In this document: positions 32,714-40,789 of the stretch, in pieces
How the letters are laid out: each line of letters opens with the position of its first letter
How positions within the stretch are numbered: the first letter of the stretch is position 1
Assembly (NCBI GenBank): GCA_964554155.1
Contig: CAZKNL010000002.1
Span: forward strand, 11,629 to 57,018
From: an uncultured Pseudomonadales bacterium
GTDB lineage: Bacteria; Patescibacteriota; Microgenomatia; UBA1400; PJMF01
DNA length: 45,390 bases
Direction of reading: 5' to 3'
Program-made: the position numbers and the translations under genes
The notes under the pieces: model-generated
What the model was told of the DNA's origin: nothing
Databases searched by the model: none
What the model saw: the letters and a program-made list of their open reading frames with translations, nothing else

Positions 32714-34358
32714 ATTGATCAGCTGAACAGACAACTAACCCAGGAGCAGCTTCATTGACTGAGTTAATAAAATGCAGGTTTTGGAAAGTCAGAAACTCCC
32801 CTTGATCTTTTTTTGCAATGTTCTCTTCAGCCTGAACTTGTCGTGGATCTGTTTGACTAAAGAACCAGTAATACATTGCTGGTCGACCATATTCACGCGT
32901 AATCAAAATAGGCTGATCGGGGTGAGTAACTTTGTATTGATTCACCCGAGTGACCATCTGTTTATACCCGTACTGCCATTCTGAAGCTGCAAGGATTGGA
33001 TAAATTTTGGTGTAGTAGCGCCAGTACATCCACCACTGCACACTGCTCACAAAGAGTAAGGTGATAACTCCCACCCAAAGAACATATTTTGGTTTTTGTT
33101 TCTTCAACCACAAAAGTGAAACAGTTAAGCCTATTGTTATGGTAAAGAGAAAGATTGGTGCTGTCGGTAATATTCTAAGTGCATGAGGTGCAGCTTTGGT
33201 AACTGCTGCCGGAAAAATCCCAATCATCAACCACCACAGCAAGAACAGTATATACATTCGAAGTTTTTTATTTTTAAATGTCTGAGCAGCAAGAAAAATA
33301 ATTCCAATACTTAACCAAGTTGCATCGGTAAAGTAAAGAATACCAGTAAATCCAGTTGAGTGACGAAGATTTTGATCACCATGAATAAATAAAAAATCGA
33401 CTGAAAAATGGGTCAAAAAATTACTGAGGGTTTGTGAGGCAAGATAGATATAGCGATGACCAAAAATTTTAGCACCAATACTGTTCCCAGCCAGTTCACG
33501 AAATTGATTACTCTGAACAACGTATTGGCCGTCAGCATATAAGCTTGTTTCCGCAAAGCGTTGCTGAGTAGTTGGATTACCGACACTCAGAAGGAGTGGA
33601 AAAACCAAAACGGCAAACAGAAAGATTACCACCACTGCTTGTTGTATGGCCAGTTTTCTTTTTAAATGCTCAAAAAGAGCTGGTGAAAACCAAATCATAT
33701 TCAAACTGATAAACACTGCAGGAGCTATGATTCGTGTGGCATGATAGGTATACATTGATAGGACAGCCAGAACAGCAGTTGCGAACATTTTAATTAACCG
33801 AGAAAACCCTTGAGTCGGTGACTGTTCCACCCACAGACCACAGACCACTGACCACAATAATAAACAACTTGCTAAATTAACTTCCCAACCTCCCCGTGAG
33901 AACTGGATCAACCATGGAGAAGTAGCAGCTATAATCATTCCAAGTAAAAACACCCAACCAAAAAAAGTTTTTTTCTGATTAAGCCAAATAGCTTGAGCCA
34001 AAAATTGCGCGAGTAATCCAACGCCAATGACAATCAAAACTCCGGCGAGTGCGCTTGGTAATCTGACTGCTGTTTCGTTGAGACCGAAAAGGGCAATAAA
34101 AGGAACAACTGCATAAAAGTATCCACTTGGTTTGTAGTCTCCAAAAGAGCTAAAAGCGACCACTGGCAATGGCTGACCATGATGATCTTTGCCAGTTTTG
34201 ACAATAGAGTATGCATCATATCCAAGAGCTGCTTCTTCCCAGTATAGAGAAGGCGGTAAATTGTCTAGTTGCCAAATTCGGACGAAGCAAGCGAATAAGA
34301 CGACTCCGATGCATAAAAATAAAAAATAACGATCAAGTAAATTTACAAAAAACTTCAT
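32613..34358 (-). CDS. GT-C-fold membrane glycosyltransferase, ArnT/PMT-like (array member 3)
   Basis: LYWEEAALGYD ... FGDYKPSGYFY ... AVRLPSALAG ... IHGDQNLRHSTGFTG ... AAPHALRIL ... SEWQYGYK. There is an ATGA overlap with the upstream fusion gene. Confidence 0.75.
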   Translation of the reverse strand: MKFFVNLLDRYFLFLCIGVVLFACFVRIWQLDNLPPSLYWEEAALGYDAYSIVKTGKDHHGQPLPVVAFSSFGDYKPSGYFYAVVPFIALFGLNETAVRLPSALAGVLIVIGVGLLAQFLAQAIWLNQKKTFFGWVFLLGMIIAATSPWLIQFSRGGWEVNLASCLLLWSVVCGLWVEQSPTQGFSRLIKMFATAVLAVLSMYTYHATRIIAPAVFISLNMIWFSPALFEHLKRKLAIQQAVVVIFLFAVLVFPLLLSVGNPTTQQRFAETSLYADGQYVVQSNQFRELAGNSIGAKIFGHRYIYLASQTLSNFLTHFSVDFLFIHGDQNLRHSTGFTGILYFTDATWLSIGIIFLAAQTFKNKKLRMYILFLLWWLMIGIFPAAVTKAAPHALRILPTAPIFLFTITIGLTVSLLWLKKQKPKYVLWVGVITLLFVSSVQWWMYWRYYTKIYPILAASEWQYGYKQMVTRVNQYKVTHPDQPILITREYGRPAMYYWFFSQTDPRQVQAEENIAKKDQGEFLTFQNLHFINSVNEAAPGLVVCSADQFKQLQKQFSFVEKIGEVKDLRGQVVWVLAEVRN

Positions 34359-36880
34359 GGTACCTTCACGACTACAAATCGAATACTGCCATTACTTCCA
34401 TATATCAGATGCTCAGCCAGTTTTGGTTCAAGCTGAGCAGGTGTAGCAATAATTAAAGTATTATGACGGGTAATTAAGTCTCCTACCGTAATTTTATTTG
34501 TGAATTCATACTTAATTAAAGAACCCCCGTGATACTCGTACGGCGATGTGCCTCTACCGAATAATGCGTAAATATATGGCTGTTCATAAGAAGAAGTAAA
34601 AAGTATCTTTTCGACTGTTGGTTCATAGTGTTTGGAGTACTCAACAGCTTCTAAGTATCCATCTTTAAACTCATCTGCGGAAGTTTTGGCAAAAGTACCG
34701 TAGTAATGATTGAGGTAAGATACCAAGAAAAATAAATGAAGCAGCAAAGTGGTACCCAGTACAGCCGATCCAATCAAGCGGCCCTTTAATTTTTCGGCAA
34801 GAAACTGCCAGCCTAATACCGCTAAAAATAAAAACCCCGGCAAAGCCAACAACATTCGATTACTATGAGGGACATCAACACCAATAGCAGCCGGAATTGT
34901 GCCGATAATCACCCACAAAATTCCACAGCCTACTGCAGTCAGAAAACCACTCCTTCTTTTTCTGATCAAGTTTTGAACACCAGCAATTCCGGCAACCACA
35001 ACCAAAAACAACTCAGTCGGATACAAAATACCCCATTGACCATCTCCGTGACGTAAGGTCGGTGTCTGACCTTGAATTAAGTAACTGAGTCGAAAATGAA
35101 CAGTAAAGTGTTGAGTGAACTTTTGGAGTAACTGTGGGAGAGCTAAACCTTCTCGGAAAATAGAAGCTTGTTGAAATCGGTCAGCTCCTGCTCCCCAAAT
35201 AGAGTCGATTGCCAACGGTAGTAAATAGATAATAAAAACCAAACACCATAGTAAAGTAGCTCTCCATTTGGTTTTTAGTTTTGATCTGAATAACCACCCC
35301 AAAGTTAGAAGCAAAAGCGGTGTCACAATCTTACTGCTGTGATAGGTATACAGTGATGCTGCTAAAAGCATTGAACTCATCAACCAAATCAATTTTGTTA
35401 CAAAGTGAGGTAGCTCTGTACGAAGTTTCTGTGTTTTCTGACTCAACACAAAAACTAATCCAGCCACACCCCAAATCAGAAAATTCAATGCCATTCCACT
35501 CTCAAACCCAACACGTGAGAAATGAAGATGCCAGGCAGAAGCAGTTATCAATACACCACTTAATAATGCTGCATTTGTGCTGGTCAAAACCGGAAATGTC
35601 GATTCTTTTTTGATCAGCATCCATTCTTCCCACAGCAACTTCACCACTACCATCCATCCAATCACTGCCAATACACCACTCAGCGCAAAAGGCAAACGAA
35701 CTGCCCACAGATTCAAACCAAATAAACGGACGGAAACACCAGTTACATAAATAGCTAAGGGTGCCTTGTAATCCCCAAACGATTGAAAAGAAATTGGCAG
35801 TTTTTTTAACCATTCATCTCTGCCTGTAGTAGCAACGGCAAAACCATTGTAGCCAATAGCTGCTTCATCCCAAGTCATTCCATGTGGGACTTGTCCAAGC
35901 TGATAAAAACGAAGCACTATTGCCACTAAAAGAATCAGTCCAGCAAAAAGAATCTGTAGTTGCAATGGCGCCAAGATTGGTGCTTTTGTCCACCAGTATG
36001 GTTGCCAGAATAGATAGTCTAGTTTTTGTTTCCAAGTTGCGTTTTTTTTGATGAATGTATTGGCATGTTGCCAACTCATATTGGTCATCTTTTTTCGACC
36101 AAACTCAGACGTATTTGTTGACTCATGGTCATGATCAACTTCTGCTTTTTGATCAAAAAGAACTTTCCATCCATTTTTTTTAGCACGAAAAGAGAGATCA
36201 ACATCTTCCCAGTAGGCTGGATAATAGTCAGCACTGAAACCTTCAAGAGCCAACCACTTCTCTCGATCAAACATACTGCTGCCACCACTTGCCCAGCCAG
36301 TTTCACCGGTTTCAAAGTGATCAGCTCGACGATGCACAAACATCCCACGTTTAAACTCCAGAACATTCTTGCCACCGAAGACTTCCTTTTTAGTCAGGGG
36401 ATCGTGTTCATGTTCGAGACAACTAACGGCAAAAATAGATGGGTTTGCGAAGTGAGTAGTTAATTGATGAATGGTATCGGGATGTGGGGACACATCAGAG
36501 TTAATTAAAAAAACTAATGAATGGGTTGCTTGTTGAACAGCTTGATTACAGCTTTCCGCAAAACGTTTATTTTGTTGATTCCTGAGTAAAATCACCGAAC
36601 CATTTTTTTGGCCGTATTTCCAGCTTCCATAAAGAATCTCTCCATCAAAAGAGAACTTTAACGAGTCCTTTTTTTTGTGTGTAAAACTAGTTTGTATAGA
36701 CGGGAATTTTTTCTGTAACCATTCCCATGAGTTGTCACTACTCTGATCATCAATCACGATTAACTCATCTTCGTTCCGCATCGCATTGAGTACCGCAGGC
36801 AAATGTTCTTGGAGAAGTGCCCGACCGTTATACGAAGGAACAATCACTGAGACAGTTGGATGATAACTTTCTGTTGACAT
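34355..36880 (-). CDS. Fusion protein: N-terminal GT2 (GT-A) domain and C-terminal ArnT/PMT-like GT-C domain (array member 4)
   Basis: GT2 part: VSVIVPSYNGRALL ... VIDDQSSDNS ... INSDVSP ... AYWEDVDLSFRAKKNGW. GT-C part: MTWDEAAIGYNGF ... FGDYKAPLAIY ... AVRLPFALSG ... TLRHGDGQWG ... DVPHSNRML. It is a single uninterrupted 841-codon ORF. Confidence 0.8.
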   Translation of the reverse strand: MSTESYHPTVSVIVPSYNGRALLQEHLPAVLNAMRNEDELIVIDDQSSDNSWEWLQKKFPSIQTSFTHKKKDSLKFSFDGEILYGSWKYGQKNGSVILLRNQQNKRFAESCNQAVQQATHSLVFLINSDVSPHPDTIHQLTTHFANPSIFAVSCLEHEHDPLTKKEVFGGKNVLEFKRGMFVHRRADHFETGETGWASGGSSMFDREKWLALEGFSADYYPAYWEDVDLSFRAKKNGWKVLFDQKAEVDHDHESTNTSEFGRKKMTNMSWQHANTFIKKNATWKQKLDYLFWQPYWWTKAPILAPLQLQILFAGLILLVAIVLRFYQLGQVPHGMTWDEAAIGYNGFAVATTGRDEWLKKLPISFQSFGDYKAPLAIYVTGVSVRLFGLNLWAVRLPFALSGVLAVIGWMVVVKLLWEEWMLIKKESTFPVLTSTNAALLSGVLITASAWHLHFSRVGFESGMALNFLIWGVAGLVFVLSQKTQKLRTELPHFVTKLIWLMSSMLLAASLYTYHSSKIVTPLLLLTLGWLFRSKLKTKWRATLLWCLVFIIYLLPLAIDSIWGAGADRFQQASIFREGLALPQLLQKFTQHFTVHFRLSYLIQGQTPTLRHGDGQWGILYPTELFLVVVAGIAGVQNLIRKRRSGFLTAVGCGILWVIIGTIPAAIGVDVPHSNRMLLALPGFLFLAVLGWQFLAEKLKGRLIGSAVLGTTLLLHLFFLVSYLNHYYGTFAKTSADEFKDGYLEAVEYSKHYEPTVEKILFTSSYEQPYIYALFGRGTSPYEYHGGSLIKYEFTNKITVGDLITRHNTLIIATPAQLEPKLAEHLIYGSNGSIRFVVVKVP

Positions 36881-36882
36881 AA

Positions 36883-37974
36883 CTACCTGCCTATCATCTC
36901 ATATAAAGTTTGGCAGAACCGAGCTTCAGAGAAGTCTTGGACTTGTTGACGAGCCATCCGTTGCCAATCTGGCCAAAAGTTTGGGTACTGCAGAACATGA
37001 GTGGTGATATGACAACACTCTTCGATGCTCTGCCACTGAAAATCCTTAAAGTCTTCGCCAACTACCTCAAGCTGACCACCCTTGCCGACCACAATCGGAA
37101 TACAGCCACTGGCCATTGCTTCAGCTGTACTAATGCCAAAGTGTTCAACTTGTTCTGGATGTTTTTCTTGATCAACTTGATATCCAGCAGCGTGCCAGTA
37201 AATTATTGCCTTGCTATATAACTGCAAAAGTTCTTTTCGGGATAACTGGTGATAAAACTGGACAGGTAAACCTTTAGCAAACTGTTTGACTTCCTTTAGG
37301 TATGACTCATCTTCTACTCCACCGACTAAAACTAACTTCCAACCTTTCAATAACTCTGGCTGCTGATCCTTCAGTTGTGCAAAAGCTTGAACCAGAATAT
37401 CTTGTCGTTTGGTATGAAGTTGGCGAAAGAAACGACCGACACTTAAAATGATTTTTTCTTTATGATCTGTTGGTTGAAAACAGGCTTGATCAATAGCTGG
37501 ATAATGAACGTACTGAATTTTAGTTCTCCATGATTTTTCAACAATTTGTTTGGTGAAAAGAGAGTTAGTGTTTCGAATAGACCAATTGTTTAGTTTTAAA
37601 CGCTCAGAGAGAGTGGCCAGTTTGTTGGTAAAAGGAATTTGGATGTGGAGAATATTTTTTTTCGCCCCACTGAAGAACATACTGCCATCAGTGACTGCAA
37701 TACACAGATCAAACTTTCGTGTCCACAAGAACTTTTTGAGTGCAGAGCTCCCAGGATAAAGTGGACCTGGGATAAAGGTAATGTCTTTCAATGAGCGCTG
37801 CAAAAAATGCTCATAGTCTTTAACATATCCAACAATTTCAATTGTTTTACAGCTAGCTGGCAGAACTACCTGAACACGATGTTCTTTGGCTAAAGTTCGC
37901 GCCACATCAAAAAAATACTTTTCACCACCGCCAAAATGTTTAGGCACATACGGTGAATATAAACAAATTTTCAT
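36883..37974 (-). CDS. GT4-family (GT-B) glycosyltransferase
   Basis: MKICLYSPY ... SVGRFFRQLHTKRQD ... EHFGISTAEAMASGCIPIVVGKGGQLEVVGE. The ATG at 37974 forms an ATGA overlap with the upstream stop. The longer ORF starts at GTG 38007. Confidence 0.8.
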   Translation of the reverse strand: MKICLYSPYVPKHFGGGEKYFFDVARTLAKEHRVQVVLPASCKTIEIVGYVKDYEHFLQRSLKDITFIPGPLYPGSSALKKFLWTRKFDLCIAVTDGSMFFSGAKKNILHIQIPFTNKLATLSERLKLNNWSIRNTNSLFTKQIVEKSWRTKIQYVHYPAIDQACFQPTDHKEKIILSVGRFFRQLHTKRQDILVQAFAQLKDQQPELLKGWKLVLVGGVEDESYLKEVKQFAKGLPVQFYHQLSRKELLQLYSKAIIYWHAAGYQVDQEKHPEQVEHFGISTAEAMASGCIPIVVGKGGQLEVVGEDFKDFQWQSIEECCHITTHVLQYPNFWPDWQRMARQQVQDFSEARFCQTLYEMIGR

Positions 37975-38807
37975 CGATCCTTTGATAGTTGAGCGTCTTT
38001 TTTCCACATCTTCATAAACTCAAGTTCTTTGGTGTAGTATTTCTCTTCTAAACTTGGGTGCTGTTGCAGTTCCCAAAGTTGAACATACACAAGATAACGA
38101 TTCATTGCTTGGATGCCTGCTTCAATGATCCCTTCTATCCCATCTTTTCGACCAGACCAGAGAAATGCGCGACGAATAAACTCCATGACTGTTTTACGAA
38201 ATAATACCCAAACAGTTACTGGTGGTGTATTTGCTTCAAACAGTAATCGCGCTTCAACTGGAGTCCAAGCTGCTGTTTTATACAAACCATCGATCGTATT
38301 CCGGTGAGTCAGATGAAATAAGCTACTATGTAAGCGCGTCACTGCACCATTGAAAACTGGACTTTCATGAATATCGCCCTTCCAACCAGCTAATGCTTTT
38401 CTGCGGAAGATCCGGATTACGTATTCTTTTTCCCACCCTCCATGAGTGAAGAACTTGCCATACATCATATTTTCGCGGTGAATTTCTAGCGCGTTTGTTG
38501 ATGTTGTCTCAATCTGCACCAAAATTTCTTTGGCGAGGCGAGGCGTAGCGCGTTCGTCGGCATCAATGTAAAACAGCCAATCTGTGTTGCAATGACGCAG
38601 TGCCTCTGTTCGCCTTTCAGCGAAAGAAGACTGCCGACTCTGAATCACTTTTGCTCCCAATCGCTCTGCCAGTCCAACAGTTTGATCCCGTGAGTTAGTA
38701 TCAACAACTATAATTTCTTGACACCACCGTAATGTTTCAATGCAGTTGGCCAGCATTGCTTCTTCGTTTTTGGTCAAGATAATAGCGGTAATGTTTGGTA
38801 CAGACAT
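37971..38807 (-). CDS. GT2 glycosyltransferase, WaaE/KdtX-like small subgroup (paralog B)
   Basis: ITAIILTKNEEAMLANCIETLRWCQEIIVVDTNSRDQTVGLAERLGAKV ... YIDADE ... HGGWEKEYVIRIF ... GRKDGIEGI. I prefer the ATG at 38807 to the TTG at 38816. Confidence 0.8.
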   Translation of the reverse strand: MSVPNITAIILTKNEEAMLANCIETLRWCQEIIVVDTNSRDQTVGLAERLGAKVIQSRQSSFAERRTEALRHCNTDWLFYIDADERATPRLAKEILVQIETTSTNALEIHRENMMYGKFFTHGGWEKEYVIRIFRRKALAGWKGDIHESPVFNGAVTRLHSSLFHLTHRNTIDGLYKTAAWTPVEARLLFEANTPPVTVWVLFRKTVMEFIRRAFLWSGRKDGIEGIIEAGIQAMNRYLVYVQLWELQQHPSLEEKYYTKELEFMKMWKKDAQLSKDR

Positions 38808-38818
38808 AATAAGCAAAG

Positions 38819-39787
38819 TTAATACACAGCTTGTTTTCCCATACGCCCAACTGCCCAGTCAAGAGCTGCTCGACGTAAAACAGCTTGAGACTGAAAAACT
38901 TGCAGTGTTGCCAACTTGAGAATTCTTAAGTAAAACCAGAAAAGTCTGAGAACTTGTGTCAGACTGCTTTTTTTCTGTCCACCTAAAAAGTGCATATGGG
39001 CATACTTCCAAAAGAAAAACAGCCGATTACGAGTTTGATAGTATTGATGCAGCACAGAACCAGCTCCTCCAGATGAGCCGGCATTTTTATGCCAAACGAC
39101 AGCTTCTGGAACAAAGTAGAGTTGATATCCAGCTTGGATGATTCTCAGACTCCAATCGGCATCTTCGAGGTATAAAAAGTAACGTGGATCAAGTGTGCCA
39201 ACTCTCTCTATGACTGTGCGAGGAAGTAATATACAACACCCCGTTGCAAACTCAGTTTGGTCAGTTTGGTCAAACTGTCCTCGGTCAACTTCATCCACCC
39301 CGCGATGGAAAGCATCTAAGTTTGCCCAGTCGATACTGCCACCAGCGAACCATAAGACCTTGCCTCGCTGTTCAGGTTTGTAACTTTTTTTGTGAAACTC
39401 ATACCCCGGAGAAAAGTAAATCTTAGGAACTGCTATACCTAACTTTGGTTGTGCTTGGGCAACTGCGATCAACTTCTCTAAAAAATCTGGTTTAACTATT
39501 GTGTCACTATTCAATAAGACAACGTAATCGGGATCTGTTTCACGAACTGCGATGGAAATTCCTAAGTTATTTCCACTTGTAAATCCTAAGTTCGCATCAC
39601 TGCGAATAATTTGGGTGTTTCGAGGTAAGTCTTTTTCTGGAATCTGTAGTATTTCTTTTGAACCATTATCAACGACATACGTATAAGTATGCATTCCAGT
39701 ATGTTCAATTTTTGCTAGAGAGGATAAACACTCTTTTGTTTCGGCTTCGGTGTTGAAATGAACAACCACAATCGCAACAGTGATCAT
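38819..39787 (-). CDS. GT2 glycosyltransferase (WbbL/rhamnosyltransferase-like subgroup)
   Basis: VAIVVVHFNTEAETKECLSSL ... VVDNGS ... LLNSDTIV ... LYLEDADWSLRIIQAGY. Confidence 0.8.
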   Translation of the reverse strand: MITVAIVVVHFNTEAETKECLSSLAKIEHTGMHTYTYVVDNGSKEILQIPEKDLPRNTQIIRSDANLGFTSGNNLGISIAVRETDPDYVVLLNSDTIVKPDFLEKLIAVAQAQPKLGIAVPKIYFSPGYEFHKKSYKPEQRGKVLWFAGGSIDWANLDAFHRGVDEVDRGQFDQTDQTEFATGCCILLPRTVIERVGTLDPRYFLYLEDADWSLRIIQAGYQLYFVPEAVVWHKNAGSSGGAGSVLHQYYQTRNRLFFFWKYAHMHFLGGQKKSSLTQVLRLFWFYLRILKLATLQVFQSQAVLRRAALDWAVGRMGKQAVY

Positions 39788-39831
39788 AGTAGGAGTATTT
39801 TACCTCTTTTTGACTATCTCGGGGAAGCTAA

Positions 39832-40749
39832 CTACCACTGAAATTTGCGACGAAACTGCCACATCAGTTTTGTGAATCCACCAGAATTTTGAATATAGTA
39901 ATCAGCTATCCAATAGCGGAGTTGGCGGAGAGATTGATCTAACATCTTGAGGATCTCATAAGTAGTGTGTTGTTCGGCAAAATGTCCAACTTGCCAACGT
40001 TTCAACTCTACTGAAACTTGATACATTGACTGTAAATATGACAACGCTAGACCATGCTCACCATCCAAATATCCTTTTTCTGCAAAAAAACGGCGGCTAA
40101 ACTCATTAGTAAATGTCTGTGAAATATTTAGATCTTCTAGTTTTGGTTGTGTACTATCTGAAGATTTCTGCTGATCTTGTTCAACTTTAATGGTCGTGTA
40201 GCGATTCAATCGTTCTAAGAACTGTTCGACGGTTTGATAGTTGTAGTGAGTAATCGCTGATTCTGGCCGTGCTGGGAGATGAGTTGCCGTTCCGCTAATC
40301 ACTGGTTGAGCATGAATTTTTTCTGGCCAGTTCACTTTGCCTGTTTGGAAAAAACGGAGTTGGTAATCTGGCCACCAGCCTGAGTGTTCAATCCATTTGC
40401 CAAAAATGACGTTTTGACGAGGAAGATAGTAAACATCAGTCGTTGTACTCGCAACCATTAATTGGCGGAGTTCTTGTTGCAAAGTAGCTGGTACTTCTTC
40501 GTCAGCATCAACAATCAGTGTCCAATCTGTTTTGACTTGTTGGAGGGCAAAGTTTCGGGCTGGCTCGACATAACCAACATCAGCGTGTTTAATGACTGTC
40601 GCACCATGATGTTTAGCGATCTGACGAGTGTCATCAGTACTCTCCATGTCAATCACGATCACTTGGTCAGCAAACTTGAGAGACTTCAAGCATCTTCCCA
40701 AAGTTTCAGCAGCATTTTTGGTGTGGACAAGAGCAGTTAGTTTTGCCAT
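39832..40749 (-). CDS. GT2 glycosyltransferase, WaaE/KdtX-like small subgroup (paralog C)
   Basis: LTALVHTKNAAETLGRCLKSLKFADQVIVIDMESTDDTRQIAKHHGATV ... IVDADE ... HSGWWPDYQLRFF ... EKGYLDGEHGL. Confidence 0.8.
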   Translation of the reverse strand: MAKLTALVHTKNAAETLGRCLKSLKFADQVIVIDMESTDDTRQIAKHHGATVIKHADVGYVEPARNFALQQVKTDWTLIVDADEEVPATLQQELRQLMVASTTTDVYYLPRQNVIFGKWIEHSGWWPDYQLRFFQTGKVNWPEKIHAQPVISGTATHLPARPESAITHYNYQTVEQFLERLNRYTTIKVEQDQQKSSDSTQPKLEDLNISQTFTNEFSRRFFAEKGYLDGEHGLALSYLQSMYQVSVELKRWQVGHFAEQHTTYEILKMLDQSLRQLRYWIADYYIQNSGGFTKLMWQFRRKFQW

Positions 40750-40758
40750 CTTCTTTCC

Positions 40759-40767
40759 ATTCTAACA
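40759..40767 (-). promoter_or_regulatory. Extended -10-like element TGTTAGAAT, 9 nt upstream of ATG 40749
   Basis: The reverse complement of ATTCTAACA. Confidence 0.4.
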
Positions 40768-40773
40768 CTGCTC

Positions 40774-40782
40774 TGTTATCCT
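40774..40782 (+). promoter_or_regulatory. Extended -10-like element TGTTATCCT, 7 nt upstream of ATG 40790
   Basis: The sequence reads ctcTGTTATCCTtgcgcagATG with no Shine-Dalgarno. Confidence 0.4.
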
Positions 40783-40789
40783 TGCGCAG

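Noticed and set aside
27895-36880. A literal reading of the ArnT-like genes as lipid A aminoarabinose transferases that confer polymyxin resistance.
   Set aside because: Only the fold and family are supported. There are six divergent copies, and the window contains no lipid A genes, no ArnD, ArnE or ArnF, and no formyltransferase. The acceptor is unknown.
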